DNA of 64,000 nt from assembly GCF_000143415.4 (NCBI RefSeq), contig NW_003314351.1:39467-103466 (forward strand), written 5' to 3'. Positions within the stretch are counted from its first letter, which is position 1. Each line of letters starts with the position of its first letter. The stretch comes from Selaginella moellendorffii. Taxonomy: Eukaryota; Plantae; Lycopodiophyta. The translations under genes and the position numbers were made by a program. Of this stretch, positions 23,700-38,405 are shown piece after piece. The notes under the pieces are model-generated. The model saw only the letters and a program-made list of their open reading frames with translations. It was not told where the DNA came from and searched no databases.

Positions 23700-25530
23700 G
23701 TGTTTGCAGCTCATCCAATCTGCAAGAAACCTCCACTCCATCAAGCAAATCCACACTAGCATTTGCCATTTGCTCCAGAGCTTATTTTTCTGCAGCAAAA
23801 GACCTTTGCTTGTTCTTCATGTAGCTGGAGTTTTCATTTGTTGATAGTGTGTGTTAAAAGAACGAAGTTTCGATGAATGTGAAGAATTGAGAGGCAGGCA
23901 GCAACGTACCCAATCAAGAAAAATCTTGGTAGTTGCAGTTCTCGGGCAGTACTGCAGAAGTACAGAGCTGCTGTTGCTAAGCATCCAAAAAGCGAGAGAG
24001 ATCCGGCCTTTTTGTCCGCCACGACGTGGACAAAATGCTATTGCACGAGGACGAGAAAAATCAAGATCAGTATTGTCTTTCATGAAAGATATACCTGTGT
24101 AGCTCTATCTCATTAGCTCCGAATCTGGTGGCCTGAGGAGTAAAGAACAGAAAGTTGCTGGATGCGAAGGCAAACACAATATGTTATCCAGTTAAATCAA
24201 CACAAACTTTGAGGCACAGGCACCAAAGTACAGTATCTTAATGTGTCTAATAAAAAAAGTCTTCATTTCAGATATCTGCAGAAGTTCAGTCTGCTGCTTC
24301 ATTTAATGACTGCTTCAGGTGTCCCAAAAGTGCTTCCACACCTCCCGGAATGTCTACGCCATAGTGACGTTAATTCTCGCTATGGACTTCTTACTGCCAA
24401 GAACAACAAAAAATCGACAGCAGTAATTAATGATCATGACCTGCTTGAGGAGTAAAGCACATACATTGCACATACATTGCAGAGAATGTCCTGTCCGTAT
24501 GTTTCCAGTGTGAGACAGGGAAGTAAGATGTCTAGAAACGTTTTCATGTACCTGAGCAACGAAGAGCAATCCCTGTTGGACACGGGTCCTGCGCTTCTCC
24601 TTTTCTTCCAGCTCGGATGAGCTTCCACGCATCTTCCAAAAGACTATCTTCCAGTTTCTGCGATAAATATGATACATGTAAGAAGAGGACCAGTAAGAGC
24701 GTAGTACCTGATCTTCTGGATGCAACTGTAAGCCTTCTCGAGTTGGAGCACCAATGTCGAACAGAGTGAGTTCCAATATTTTTTTGATAGCCCGTTTTGT
24801 TTGATCCCACAAGCCTAGCCTCTAAGCCCGCACCCTATCCCTTCCTCTATAACGATAACATTTGCATGCATATACTCAACGGAAGAGCATCACCTTCTTT
24901 TCTAAATCCAATTCCTTGGACGCCAGACTCGCGAGACAAGACGAGGGCATGTTTGAGCAGTCGCACCGGTTCTTATAAACGCGTGGTTGCTTTCTGCCAA
25001 ACATTTTTCTTAGGTGAAACCACAAAAGGAAGAGAACATAGGAAATACCTGATTGTCTTCCGTGATATCCTCTAAGAAACAGTAAAGTCAGACCCGTTGA
25101 AACTTAATAAGCGACGCTACCTTTTCCATACAAATGGAAGTGCGCATGACTGAAGTAGAGCTCTGTCTTCTATAGCTCGATGCTTCGTAGTTGCCTCGTC
25201 TCTGTAAAGAAAAAGCTGCTGAGTTCCAGTCGTTCCCAGAAAATTGTTTCACCTGTGACTGCCTGCGCTAGATCCCGGCAAATGTCTTCAAACTCGCTCA
25301 AGAGCTCGGGCAGAGACGCGAAGCCTGCCAAAGAAAAACATAAGCAGAGTTGTATGACTTGAGAAACGAAAGTGGTAGGCCGGGTAGACATGTATCCACG
25401 CCAGAAGCAGAGCGCTCAAATGAATCTTGGAAGATGCCGTGTCCTGTGGATTGTCGCATTTCACATTCTCAGAGAGGACGAGAAAAACATACCTGTATCC
25501 CCGAGATTTTCGTCCACCGTGCCCGCCGCT
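23700..25530 (-). pseudogene. NUP107 pseudogene spanning most of the gene, compressed by deletions; carries the start of the PrfB insert
   Basis: Collinear with intact gene from ~63950 to ~60600 (LPELLSEFEDICRDLA, WDQTKRAIKK, APTREGLQLHPEDQ, FLDWVRCCL). Confidence 0.9.
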
Positions 25531-25786
25531 CAATCCCAAAAGCCCTAAATCCTAGATTTACTCTTATTTTCCTGTTTGCAGCAATATCATGATTTTAAGC
25601 AGAAGAAAACAGAGAATTTCTGGAAAAACCCTTATTCAGTATAAGCTAGCTATATGAATTTATAATTTAAAACATTTCAATTATTTATTTAATGCGAAAT
25701 ATTTTTTCAAATTAGAAAAATAATTTAAATTGTATTAAAACTGTAATTCTCTGAAATGCTTATATATTGTTTTAATATTTTAAATT

Positions 25787-26880
25787 AACCTCTTTGATCG
25801 AATGCCCCACTGGAATCTCGTGTAACGTGGTCGTGAAATCTTATATCCGGAGCTCCAATATCGGCCAGGACAAGAGGATCTTCAATTCCATGGCGGATCA
25901 TGACATCGTCTCTTGGAAATCGCCTATTACGCTGTATGCCCAGTTCGGGCAACTTGAGCTTGCCAAGACACGTTTGACGGGATGGAGTTTCGTGATCTTG
26001 TCTCGTGGAACTCGATGATCGCTGGATATGTGGCAGCATCCACTGTAAGGCGATGATCGATCGTGTTCCAGAGCGCCAGGCCGTGATATGGAACTCAATG
26101 ATCACTGCGCTCGCGCAGGGGCAAAACGAGGCAGCAAAATCGATCTTTGATAGAATGCCGGCCGTGTCGTGGACGAATCTACTGCTGTGCTACGCGCAGA
26201 ATGATTCCTGGAAAAATTGGACAGGGCGTTCCATCGGCTCCCCTTCACCAACGCAGTGGCAAGAACTACGAGAATACCCAAAGAGGAGATTTTGCCAACG
26301 CAAGAGAGATCTTTGATTCCATGCCGGATCAGGACGTGGTGGCATGGACGGTGATGGTGCAGGCTTACTGCCACCAAGGACGAAGAACATCTTTGATCAA
26401 GTGTTGGAGAAGAATCTAGTCTCGTGGAGCTGCTTCTCGCGTATGCCGAGAATGGGCACTTTGACGGGGCGGTGAGGTTCTTCCACGAGATCCCGCACAA
26501 GACCATCGTCTGCTGGACAGCTCTCATGCAAGTTTACGTCAATTTGGGCGATCTCGGCACCGCCAGGAGTGTGATTAAGAGCATGAAGATGCTCAGCTTG
26601 GGACGACGGGCACTACGATCGAGCAGTGGAAGTCTTCCATCTTATGAATCTCGAGGGCGTCAAGCTGGACAAGGTGACGTTCCGGAGCGTTTTAACTTCG
26701 TGCAGCCATTGCCAAGGGCTGGGAGCACTTCGTCTCAATCAACCGAGACTTTGAGATGGTGCCGAGGAGAGAACGCTATTGCTGCATGAAGAACTCTGAG
26801 TGCGAAGGAGCTCATCAACTCGATGCCATTCCTTCCAGACATGGTGATCTGGATGTCGCTGCTGGGAGCTTGCTGCCTCT
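25787..26880 (+). pseudogene. Degraded PLS PPR (duplicate of 14950-16041)
   Basis: Near-identical ORF pairs, e.g. 26424-26789 vs 15039-15404. Confidence 0.85.
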
Positions 26881-27059
26881 TCTGCCGCGGATTGTTGCCC
26901 ATTTATCATTGTTCCCACTCCCATCTGTTGTGTTGCTTGTTTGTGGTGATTGGAGTATGGCCCTGCAAGTTTGGTGTCATCTGTTCTGTTGTTTCCTTTC
27001 ATTTTCCAGCTCCAACAACACGTGTATGCTTGCATTGACAAGTGTTTGCCTCTGGACCT

Positions 27060-27950
27060 CCATCTATTCCAGGAACCTGGTTATCTCCGCTGCGTTTTCA
27101 GGTGTCCCAAGGATGTTAGCTACAGGCATATCCCATTGGATCGGCCTGAGTCGGAACTCATCGTATCCTGAGCATTCCTTGACCGTATGTGTTACTGTCT
27201 CGATGGACATGCCACACACTGGGCAAACCTGTAGATGTCGCGGAATCTTTGCTGGTCTTGTTCTTCGTCCTAGTTCCACGAGTAGTCTATGATCACCTGT
27301 TCTGTAACGTGCAAGGAGTTTCTGTCGCTAGGGAAAGAGCTGATCATAAACAGCCGTTCCCACCTGTTCGTTTGGGTTGATCTCCTCCACATAGAGCTGT
27401 TCTTCTGGGCTTGGATCCATCTTATTAGCACGATGTGTGTCCAGAATTCAAGATCTTCATGGAATCGTTCTGTGATGTTGAGATTCAGACCGAGTCTTTT
27501 GGTCCTGTTTCATGTCATGCCACCAGCCGCCTGTCTGTCCTGTGACTGCCAACTTCTGCTCTTTCAGATGTAGATGATCGTGCGAGTATTTCTAGGGAAA
27601 AGAGGCCTGTCTCCATGATCACATATGGCACAAGGTTGATGCTGAATTCTTCCCAAATGAAACTTCGTTGCACAGCCTCGACTTTGTCCTACTCCTTCGC
27701 TAGCAGGCCTGGCCCCATATCTCAGCGCCATAAAGCGCCACTATCCTTACTTTTATGAGGTAATAAGTCTTCTTCACAGCACATCCCTTGTAATAGTCCA
27801 ATTGTAAGCTGTGGATGCTGCTTTCCATCGTTTTGTGACTCCGAATTTCCATGGCCTCAACTTTGTTCCAGAATGCAATGCAAAGGTTCCTCGTATGTTA
27901 GTGTCATGGGGAAAAGCTTTGGTGGAGGGCTATACTTGATGATCGTGGCT
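27060..27950 (-). mobile_element. LINE ORF2 3' remnant (duplicate)
   Basis: MELGRRTRPAKIPRHLQVCPVCGMSIETVTHTVKECSGY CCHC motif. Confidence 0.65.
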
Positions 27951-27974
27951 CAATCAACAAATTTCAATAATGGA

Positions 27975-28232
27975 ATAATATTTTATGATAGTGTAATATT
28001 ACCTTCAATAATATATCCCACTGAATATATATGGTGAGTGAACAAAACAAATTGAAAATATTGAATTGCAAAGAATTTTGGCCCAATTTTTGCATAATCC
28101 AGGAAATCCTTTATAAAACCCCAGCCAGGGTGCAATTTCTTTGACAATAAAGACCATTTGGGCAATTTTCTTGTGATGTAGATGGTGAAAACATAAAGAC
28201 TAAGTCACAATAAATAGGTAAAATGCTACCAC
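27975..28232 (-). pseudogene. Half-MFS OCT-like exon 1 remnant (duplicate)
   Basis: WGFIKDFLDYAKIGPKFFAIQYFQFVLFTHHIYSVGYII. Confidence 0.85.
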
Positions 28233-30742
28233 AATTTAATAGTCTTATTTGTCAACCCTTAATTATAGAGATCTTGTATTAATATATAAGGGCTAGGGTT
28301 TGTAAACCCTAGGGCATTCACTATTACAATGCTAAATACACACTCTTAAATCTGAATTTGCATATACATTGAGTTGAAAATGATATAAATGGTGGTTTTT
28401 TGTTTTTAAAATAATTTTTTCTACAATAAGATGTGTTTTGTTAAACCAATATATATTTTATATTCTTGTTTTACTGTTTCTTTCTTTTTTTAAAAATTAG
28501 GTTTTTTTATTCTAAAAGCTGCATGATCCCTTGCAATATTCCATATAAGCTTGAAATACTTAAATTTTTAAGTTCAGTTAGTTCTTGGAATTCAACTATT
28601 GAGTTTTTATTTATATCTTATTATTCAACTATTGAGTTTTTATATATCTTAACTATTTTGTCTTATCTAATTTCTTCAATCAAATTGATATGAGTGCTAA
28701 TATATGATGGGTAAATGCTTTTGTACGTTATTTAAATATTATATTTGTTAATACAAGAACTAATGTCAACACTATATTACAAAAAGGAAGATAAATTTTT
28801 TATTTTGCAATTTTATTTTATTGCAATATCATTTGTAAATCCCAAAGTTTGAACATCATGTGAAAGCATCATTTACCTAAATATTGCTACCATAAGTTGT
28901 AATAAAAAACACACTATGATATTCTACAAGTGGCATAATAACAACAATTTTTTTTTTCATAAGTCATCAAATGATTATTTTTCCTTTAATTAATTAATCT
29001 ATATTTTTTTTAAGGCTACACTATCTCCTTTTTGAGCCAACTCAATGATATTATCTCATTAAACACTGAAATAAATAACATTTACTGTTGCATACAATTA
29101 TATAATAATTTTGGTGAAATGTTTTTGTTTGGATAGACATTTCCTTCACAAAACAAATTATTGTATACATTAATATATCACTCACTTGCATCACTTTGTG
29201 GCATTACTATTAGTGTTTCCCTCTAGCATATTTACAATAATTTTAACACTTTTTAATATATTCATAAAGATTTTAACATTATCCAGATTGATTTTGGTTG
29301 CATATTGACTATTGATTTGAGCTTTGTGATACCCCTAAATACCATTGCATATTAAATTTACTCTATAGCAAAATATTTTTAACGCCATAAAAATAACAAA
29401 TGAGGAGAGCATTGAAACAAATCATAGCCAGAAGATTCATGTTTCAGTGTTTTCATTGTTAAAAACTATATGTGTTTAATGTTGAAATAGATAAAAAAAA
29501 TTGTTAATATCAATAGTATATAAAAATATAATTTATTCAAATAGTCAAATGAAAATTGTAAATGCAATCATACCCACTCCCTCTTTTAATTTTAACATTT
29601 TAATTAAATATGATAGAAAAAATAATTTTAAAAACAAGAAACCATCATTTATATTATTTTTAATTCAATTTACATATAAATCATATTTAAAAGTGTGCAT
29701 TAAATATTTCAATAATGACTGCAAATCCCCTAGCCCTACAAAAACTCCATATATTAGTATATTATGAAATATGAGTTCATTCACGCTTCTTTTTCCAATT
29801 ATTTAAATTACTTATAATTAAGACTTTAAAAGTTGGGTAATAGGACTTTTAGAGTTTTTTTTCACCATTCACATCAAAAGTGGTCTTAATAAAGAATATA
29901 GTATTATGATTATTCATCCCCATTTAGCAGAAAAACTTAGTAATCACTTTGAAGAGCCCAAAAATAAAAAAGAAACTTTAAAAAATAGAAATTAATTAAT
30001 AAAAATTATTATAATCGTTACTCCACTTCACTATGATAATCACATTGAGAGTGGAAAGCCCCAAGAGTATCAAAAGAGGGGGATAGAGGACTCAATAAAT
30101 TATCACCTATAAATTATAAAATTTAAACATATATGTGAAAAACATCACTTATTTAAATATTAGCACAACAATAAATAATATACCAATATCTTTTGCAAGT
30201 GGTATAATAACAATAAATGTCTCCCTCATAAAACATCTCCTTTTATTAATTAATCTTTTTTTTTATGGTTGCACTATTTTCTCCACTATCTCTTTAAGCT
30301 ATGTTATCTCATTGAATAAATAAATAATAAAAATGAATAACACTATTATTAAGTAAATTAAATGTTGTTGAATGTAATCATATAACAATTTTAGTGAATT
30401 TTTTATGTTTTGATGGATATTTTCTTCACAAAAAAACTCATTACATACATTAGTGTATCATTCATTTGCATCCTTTAATGGTACCATCATCTTCTTTCGG
30501 CATATCCACAATAATTTTAACACTATTTAATATATTTATAATAATTTTCTTCTAAAAATCCAAGAATGAAATTGAATTCATGTTTAGAAAAAACTATTAT
30601 TCATCTTTATAAGTATTTTAATTAATTTATTTTTCATTTTTTCTTTTAATAACTACGTGATTAAATACATTTAGTACTAGATATAAGTTTGATATATGTA
30701 AGTTTTTAAATTCAAATAGTTTTTGGCTTATCCTTAAAGTTT

Positions 30743-30749
<7 letters not shown>

Positions 30750-30817
<68 letters not shown>
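30750..30817. repeat. (TA)n microsatellite
   Basis: ~34 TA units; the donor copy (~11118-11128) has only a short run. Confidence 0.95.
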
Positions 30818-30820
<3 letters not shown>

Positions 30821-31370
30821 AACACTTTTATATATAATTTGGTTTCTCTCTAAGCACTCATAAATCTGAATGGTATAATAAATTTTTCCAAAGATGATTT
30901 CAACCTTAATTTTGCAAGAAAGTACTATAAAAGTACTTATAAAAATTAGTAATAACAACAATTCATAAACTTATAACTAAAGTTAACTTATGTTTTGCAA
31001 TCAATCCAGGCTAGATACTTAAATAAAGTTGGAACTTTCTCATTGTCATCCTTGAAACACAATTGATTCATTTTCAACTTGGCTTAAACTTGCTATTTTC
31101 TTATAATTTTATTAATAAGTTTTAAAACTCTACTTTGGGTATATGTCTTGTTTCATCATGAATTGAATTATCAACTTATATAAGTAAGTTTCTTATTTAC
31201 TATATGTTATTATTGATATAGCTGGAAATGTGGATTTTTCTTAGTTGAAACACATTAGGAGATGGACTATGCAATGTCATAGAAGTTATTACTATTGCAT
31301 TTGCAAATGTACTTTTCTTCATTATCTTCTTTTTAGAAAGTAGCTCTAATGTTATCTCTAGTTTAGGAGT

Positions 31371-32550
31371 GTTTAGCTTCTGAGTGTAGGAGTCCACATC
31401 CCATGCCTTCCTCAGTAAGGATAACATTTGTAGACACACATATACTCAAATGACCACCTTTTCTAAATCCAATTCCTTGGACATGTTTGAGCAGTCCTAT
31501 CATTTCTTACAAATGCCACAGAAGTACCCATGATGAAGCCTCGGAATGTAGCAATTGAGCTCTTTTGGCATAGAACCCTGTCTTCTACACCTCGATGCTT
31601 CGTGTCTGTAAGGAAACAAGCAAGCTCGGAGGGACTTGGGCAAGGAAGCCAAAATCAAAGAAAAAAGAAAGCCAATGACCTCAATACTATCAACTGCGTT
31701 GGTGAGAGCTTTCATGCAAATCGGGAATTTGGTGGAGGCTCGAGGTGTGTTTGAGACAATGGTGACGAGGGACTTGGATTCGTGGACAGCAATAGTGTCG
31801 GGCTATGCCTTGTAGAAGAGGCCGAGAGGATGTTTTCCCCCAGTAGAATCTCGTGCCTTGGAATGGGCTGATGGAAAACGGCATCCCGGACAGAGCGAAG
31901 CTGCTGTTTGATCGAATGCCACAGTTGCCTACATCAATCGCTGCCGCCTATGCCCAGGACGGGCATGTCGATGGCGATCCACCACCAAATGCCCACAAGG
32001 GACTTGATATCCGGGAGAATGGAGGACGCCCTCAAGATCCGGCAGCAAATGTCGAGATGGAACGTTTTCACCTGGAACGCGATCCTCTCCGGCTATGCGG
32101 GAGATATCCACTCTCGTGGGCATTGCGGCGAGCACAGCTCGAGCCTCGATCACGCGGCCATTGCGAGCGTAATCGTGCATCAAACTCGTCCAGAACTTCT
32201 CCTGCGGGATGCTGTCAAACGATCGCATCTTGCGTGATGGAAGCATATGCCCAAACTGAGCAAGACATCCATCTCTTCCACGAGGCCACGCTCGATGGTG
32301 GAGTGAGGATCGATCCTGTGTCGTTCATCACCATCCTCTCGGCTTGCAGCCATCTGGGGAAGATCCAAATCGCCCGCGATCAATGGTCGCCTATGATTGC
32401 AAGAACCAAAACTTTGGGTTCTTCCCAGAGAGCAATGTCGGGCGATCACAGGGCTAGAGAGCGGCATTTCCCGGTGGATCTCGTGAGGGCTGCTGGGCGG
32501 CCAAGGCTATTTTCTTCGATCGAATGTGCCACCGCGACGTGAGGGAGGGA
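31371..32550. pseudogene. NUP107 fragment (31371-31625, minus) plus PPR fragments (31620-32550, plus); block B of the duplicate
   Basis: Reverse complement of 16041-17197 with independent indels. Confidence 0.85.
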
Positions 32551-33115
32551 TTCCCAATACTTTGGCTTTGGTGTTGGAAACAATATGCCACATTATAAAA
32601 TAGTTTATGACATTAATATAATATACATATAATCTCACTTCTTATATAGATAAGTTAAATATAATCTCTAAAATTAGCTAATAATATCTTACCTGTTTTA
32701 CTTTTATTGGATTTTTCATTTTCTTGTAAATTCAATGCCTTTTGTGAAAATATTTTAGATACTAAATTATACTTATACAATACTAATTTGTGATTAAATA
32801 GATAGATAGATAGCTGTTTATATTATAAATATCAGGGAATACAAATGAATAAATTCAGTCATGATTACGTGCACAATTCTTATGCAGGGACACCATCAGT
32901 TATGAGGTGAGAAATGCAGTAATGGTCTTTTTACCCTATTTCCATAGCACTTCAAATTTTAAAGGTCATAAACGAGTATATACGTATTCTCAATTTGAAG
33001 TTATTTATTATAGTCTTTGGTAAGTACTGCATTGGTTTACCTTCTTTCGTTCTTGGGGTCTCTGCTGGGGTGAAGAAGGCAAACCGAGAAACAAAATCCC
33101 CTCCATTCGATTGCC

Positions 33116-34745
<1,630 letters not shown>

Positions 34746-36839
34746 AGCCTATCTAAGAGCTAAAAAACTTCTCGTCTTAGCTCTCTAAGCTTTTTCCGGG
34801 GCGTCAGGTGGACCTTATGTTTGAGAATCGCGACGCATCTCCACCGCAAGACGGGGAGAATGCACGGCCCCGCCTTGGAATCTCCATCGTCCATCCTGTC
34901 GCGTTATGGACAGCCACCAGATACATCCATTCCTCTCAACTATCGGTCAAGGAAATTGTTTTAAATTTTCTTACCAGCGCCATGGTTCTTCATTTTCACC
35001 TGGGTGATAACAGACTTATCGAAGTAATCCCGGGGGAATGCGACCCATCCTGGCCATTGACAAGCTCGGGGAAGGGCCGATCAACGGTCCAGCCGGTCGC
35101 GATGGGAGAGTGTGAGGATCGCTTGGGCACGATGAAGATAGCGAAGGCTCTGGAAGAGGAAATATGTCGCCAATCCAAGACCCTCTCGAGCAGCTGGGGG
35201 ACGCTAAAATATTTTATCCTCACCTCTATGGGAAGATCGAAAAAATCATTACCGGATTTGAGTCCCGCTCTGCGAGATATATTGTGCCTCTACTAGCAAA
35301 GTCGGGATTCCACGCTTAAAATGTTTGCTACTCAATCAACCATAATCTAGCGATCATGAGAAGAGGAGCTTAGTCATTCTCTTGCAAACCCATTCAACGA
35401 GACATGGATCGCTAAGATAGCTTTGGCCACTTCCTGCATTTACTATGCATTGTGAAGACGCTGCACACTTTTGGTTGCCATGCAAAAGGCTGATCATTAT
35501 TAGCTATATGCTAACTTCTTGCTCTTGTGAACTGTTCAACAATTGAGTGCCAGTGTCCATGAGATAAGCAATGTGATCCTTTTGCTTCTTCATCCAGTTT
35601 CTCTGCTCTCAACTGCTTGCATAGAGGGTTCCTTGCCTATGAACTCTCAATTTATTAGTTTCTTTTTTATAATATTTTCTTTCATAAATATAAAGCATTT
35701 AGCTTTTCTAAAAATTATATTATTCTAAATTTCATGCTCTCAAAAGATGTCCTTTTCTCAATATTGTTGATCTCTTTTTCTATTATTTGAAGTTATATTT
35801 CTTTTTTAATATTTTTGGTAAAAACATATGACCAAAATATTTTTCATTATATGACCAAATTTTTTTTCAATATTCTTCCATTATTAGTATATTTAATACA
35901 GCCATACATGTGTTATTTGATTTTGATATTGCTCATATCAAAATTGGTCTTAATCATCTTTATAAATGTATGGTTTGTAATCTTCCTTTCATAAAGGGAT
36001 TTATAAGTAAAGTTTGATAAATAATGCAGATCCTTTTTATTTTCTTGCAGCTCTATGCAAATGAATTAGGGAATACAATTGTCCATTACCTATAATTAGA
36101 CCATACTTCCACAGATATTTGTGTGGTCGGAATTGAATATTCTAATAACTTTCATCTAAATATGGCAATTATTTTGGTTTAGTATCTAATCAAGTTCAGG
36201 CTAAATATAATTTGTCATTTCAAATGTTTAATATGCATTCCCTATAATCAGCTTGAATTTTATAAACATCACCTTTCTACTTGAAGTAATCACCTTAAAA
36301 ACAGGATTTACTACCACTTACTTTAACAAAAAATCTTTAATCTCTTTTTTCTTATAAGATTAAGCTTTGTTTAGCCCTAAAATCGAAACAATGTCACTTT
36401 CACAAGCTTATGAAAGCCCATAAAACAATAGCCACAAAATTTTCCGGTGCTTTCAATTAAACTTGCAAACCTAATTCCTGAATTTCTCTCTTGTGACCAA
36501 GAAAAGGTTCCCAGGTTTCTTTAGCACAGCTTGTGATTTTATGTTCCACTATCAAAATTTTACATTTCCTGTAATGGTTTAATGAAAATGATGTTGATAA
36601 AAACTATTATTCGAATCTCTATCTTTCTAATTCATGTTGTGAATTGGTCAATGCTGTCAAATGTTTGCTGATTGTACGGCACCTACATGGACGACTTGGC
36701 ATCCTCGTTTTTAGCAAAGCTCTGCTTTATTGATTTTTCCGCCTGGCCAGAGAAGTCTGCAAAGTACAGACTTCCTTATTTCAGAAGAGTTCTAAAAACT
36801 CCTAGCAAGAAAATGAATTTTTCCTCGTTTTTTCTCGTG

Positions 36840-38405
36840 CTACCAGACGCTTACTGGCGATCCCATCTGCAAGAACTCGGTGGAGCACGAGAGTTGTGGC
36901 CTCTGGGGAGATAGCAGCGACGACGACGAGTCTTCCAGCTGATAGATCGAGTCGTCAAGATCGAATATTGAACTCCGCCGCTCTTCCTGTCTTGTTTGAG
37001 GAGTTTTTGATGCATCGTCGAGTTGCAAAGCTGACTCGATCGAAGCGTGTCTCCTCTCGGCGTCGTAATCGTCTTCATCCGGACCTCCTGCCTCGGACGC
37101 TGGCGCCGACGACTGATTGTCGACGCTCTCGCTTCTAGGAGTTTGCAGTGGTCCAGCCGGAGCTGTCGACTGCTGCTGCGGGATCATGGCTTGAGCCTGA
37201 GCGATCACCGAGGGACCATCGTCTTCCGAGTAGAGAACCTTTTGGACAGCCATCACCACCTGCGAAAAAGGAACGTTGATCATAAAATGTCTCTAGAGAC
37301 GAGGAAACTGAAAACCTTACCGGGCTTTTTGCAAGGCTTGGAGTTTGAGACAGTATCTCAATATCGCGAAGCTTTGAGAAGTAGAAGTCCCTCTCCTTTT
37401 CGAGCGTCTCCATTGTAAGCTTGAGCTCCGTTATTTGTTCGTGGAACGCATGGACTTGAGCTGTTAATGGCGGTGGCGTTGGTGCCGGTGTTGTTGCCTG
37501 CGCAGATGCTTGCCTGTAAGGCTTCGTTGCTGCACACAAAAGATTCACAAGTTTGTGAAGTCCCATTTTATGGGTTTTGACAAAGAAAAGAATGATGATC
37601 AACTTACCGGAGTTTTGGAGACTCTCCAGTTTTCGGATTGCACTAGACGGTGTTCTCGCGAGGTTATTAGATGATTTCGAGGTAGCTAGATTAGATGAAC
37701 TGGAAGAAAGAGTTTTTCGATTCGCTTCCTTCCCTCCCTTCGCCATCTCTCGTCTCTCCGCGGCGTTATAGCTGAAAATCTTGTTTTTGAGCTGATGAAA
37801 AATCTCTAAGCGATTGTACGTACCTTGGTCTTCCATGGACAGAATCGCAGTAACGTTTCAGCCATTGCATAAACTCCAAATTGTCCAGCGGTCGTCCCTT
37901 CATCAACTTTGCCACCTCGATATGCTGTAGATAAAAGTTCCAGAGTGAATTCCCGAAATACTCGAGCATGAGAACCAACCTTGCTTATCTTGAGCTTGTT
38001 GAAAACCTCTTGGAGAACTTTGTAGTTCTGTATCATCTCATACTCGTTCTTCGCATCAAAATTCACCTAGATCACAAAAAAAAAGATAAATCCAATCCAT
38101 TCTTCGTAGCTAATAGTAAAACAAACCTTATGCATCGCTACAACTCCAGGGTGCGTGGCATCTATCAGCTGGCAATACACAGCACCTGACGAAGCCTATA
38201 ACAAAGAGAAATAAAAATAATGAGCTACACTATCTCCATTTCCTTCATCAATCATCAATCAACCAATCGATTCGAGAGAGAGCGGAGCTCTTACCTCTTC
38301 CACTTTGCTGAGATTGAGCTGCAGAATCGAATTCACCCATCCCAGGATCTCGTTCCGCCCCACGAAATAGGCGCCATCCATCATGCCAATGCTCGCTGCC
38401 GCCAT
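36840..38405 (-). CDS. EB1: Microtubule end-binding protein EB1
   Basis: [68 protein letters not shown]. Confidence 0.95.

Larger units (their letters stand above)
25787..32550 (-). repeat. Inverted, circularly permuted duplicate of 10543-17198 (order B then A on the minus strand)
   Basis: 32550->31371 equals 16041->17197; 31371->25787 equals 10543->16041; junction gaagctaaaCActcctaaac. Confidence 0.9.

Noticed and set aside
1-25530. NUP107 copies as retrocopies
   Set aside because: Intron sequences are retained and no poly(A) tails are seen.
28466-30961. AT-rich short ORFs (Ile/Lys/Asn-rich, IYIYIY)
   Set aside because: Compositional artefacts of AT-rich DNA and the TA microsatellite.
10543-32550. 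Autonomous Helitron or Pack-MULE as the vehicle of the duplication
   Set aside because: No Rep/helicase or transposase coding seen, no TC...CTRR ends or long TIRs with TSD at the unit boundaries; only a possible TT at both flanks.
25787-32550. Duplicate as a simple haplotig assembly artefact
   Set aside because: The copies carry independent deletions and many transitions, are inverted and permuted, and have a novel junction; this is not expected for an allelic contig, though long reads are needed to exclude it fully.
34808-35296. 162-aa ORF divergent from TPI
   Set aside because: No recognisable motif; overlaps the probable TPI promoter.
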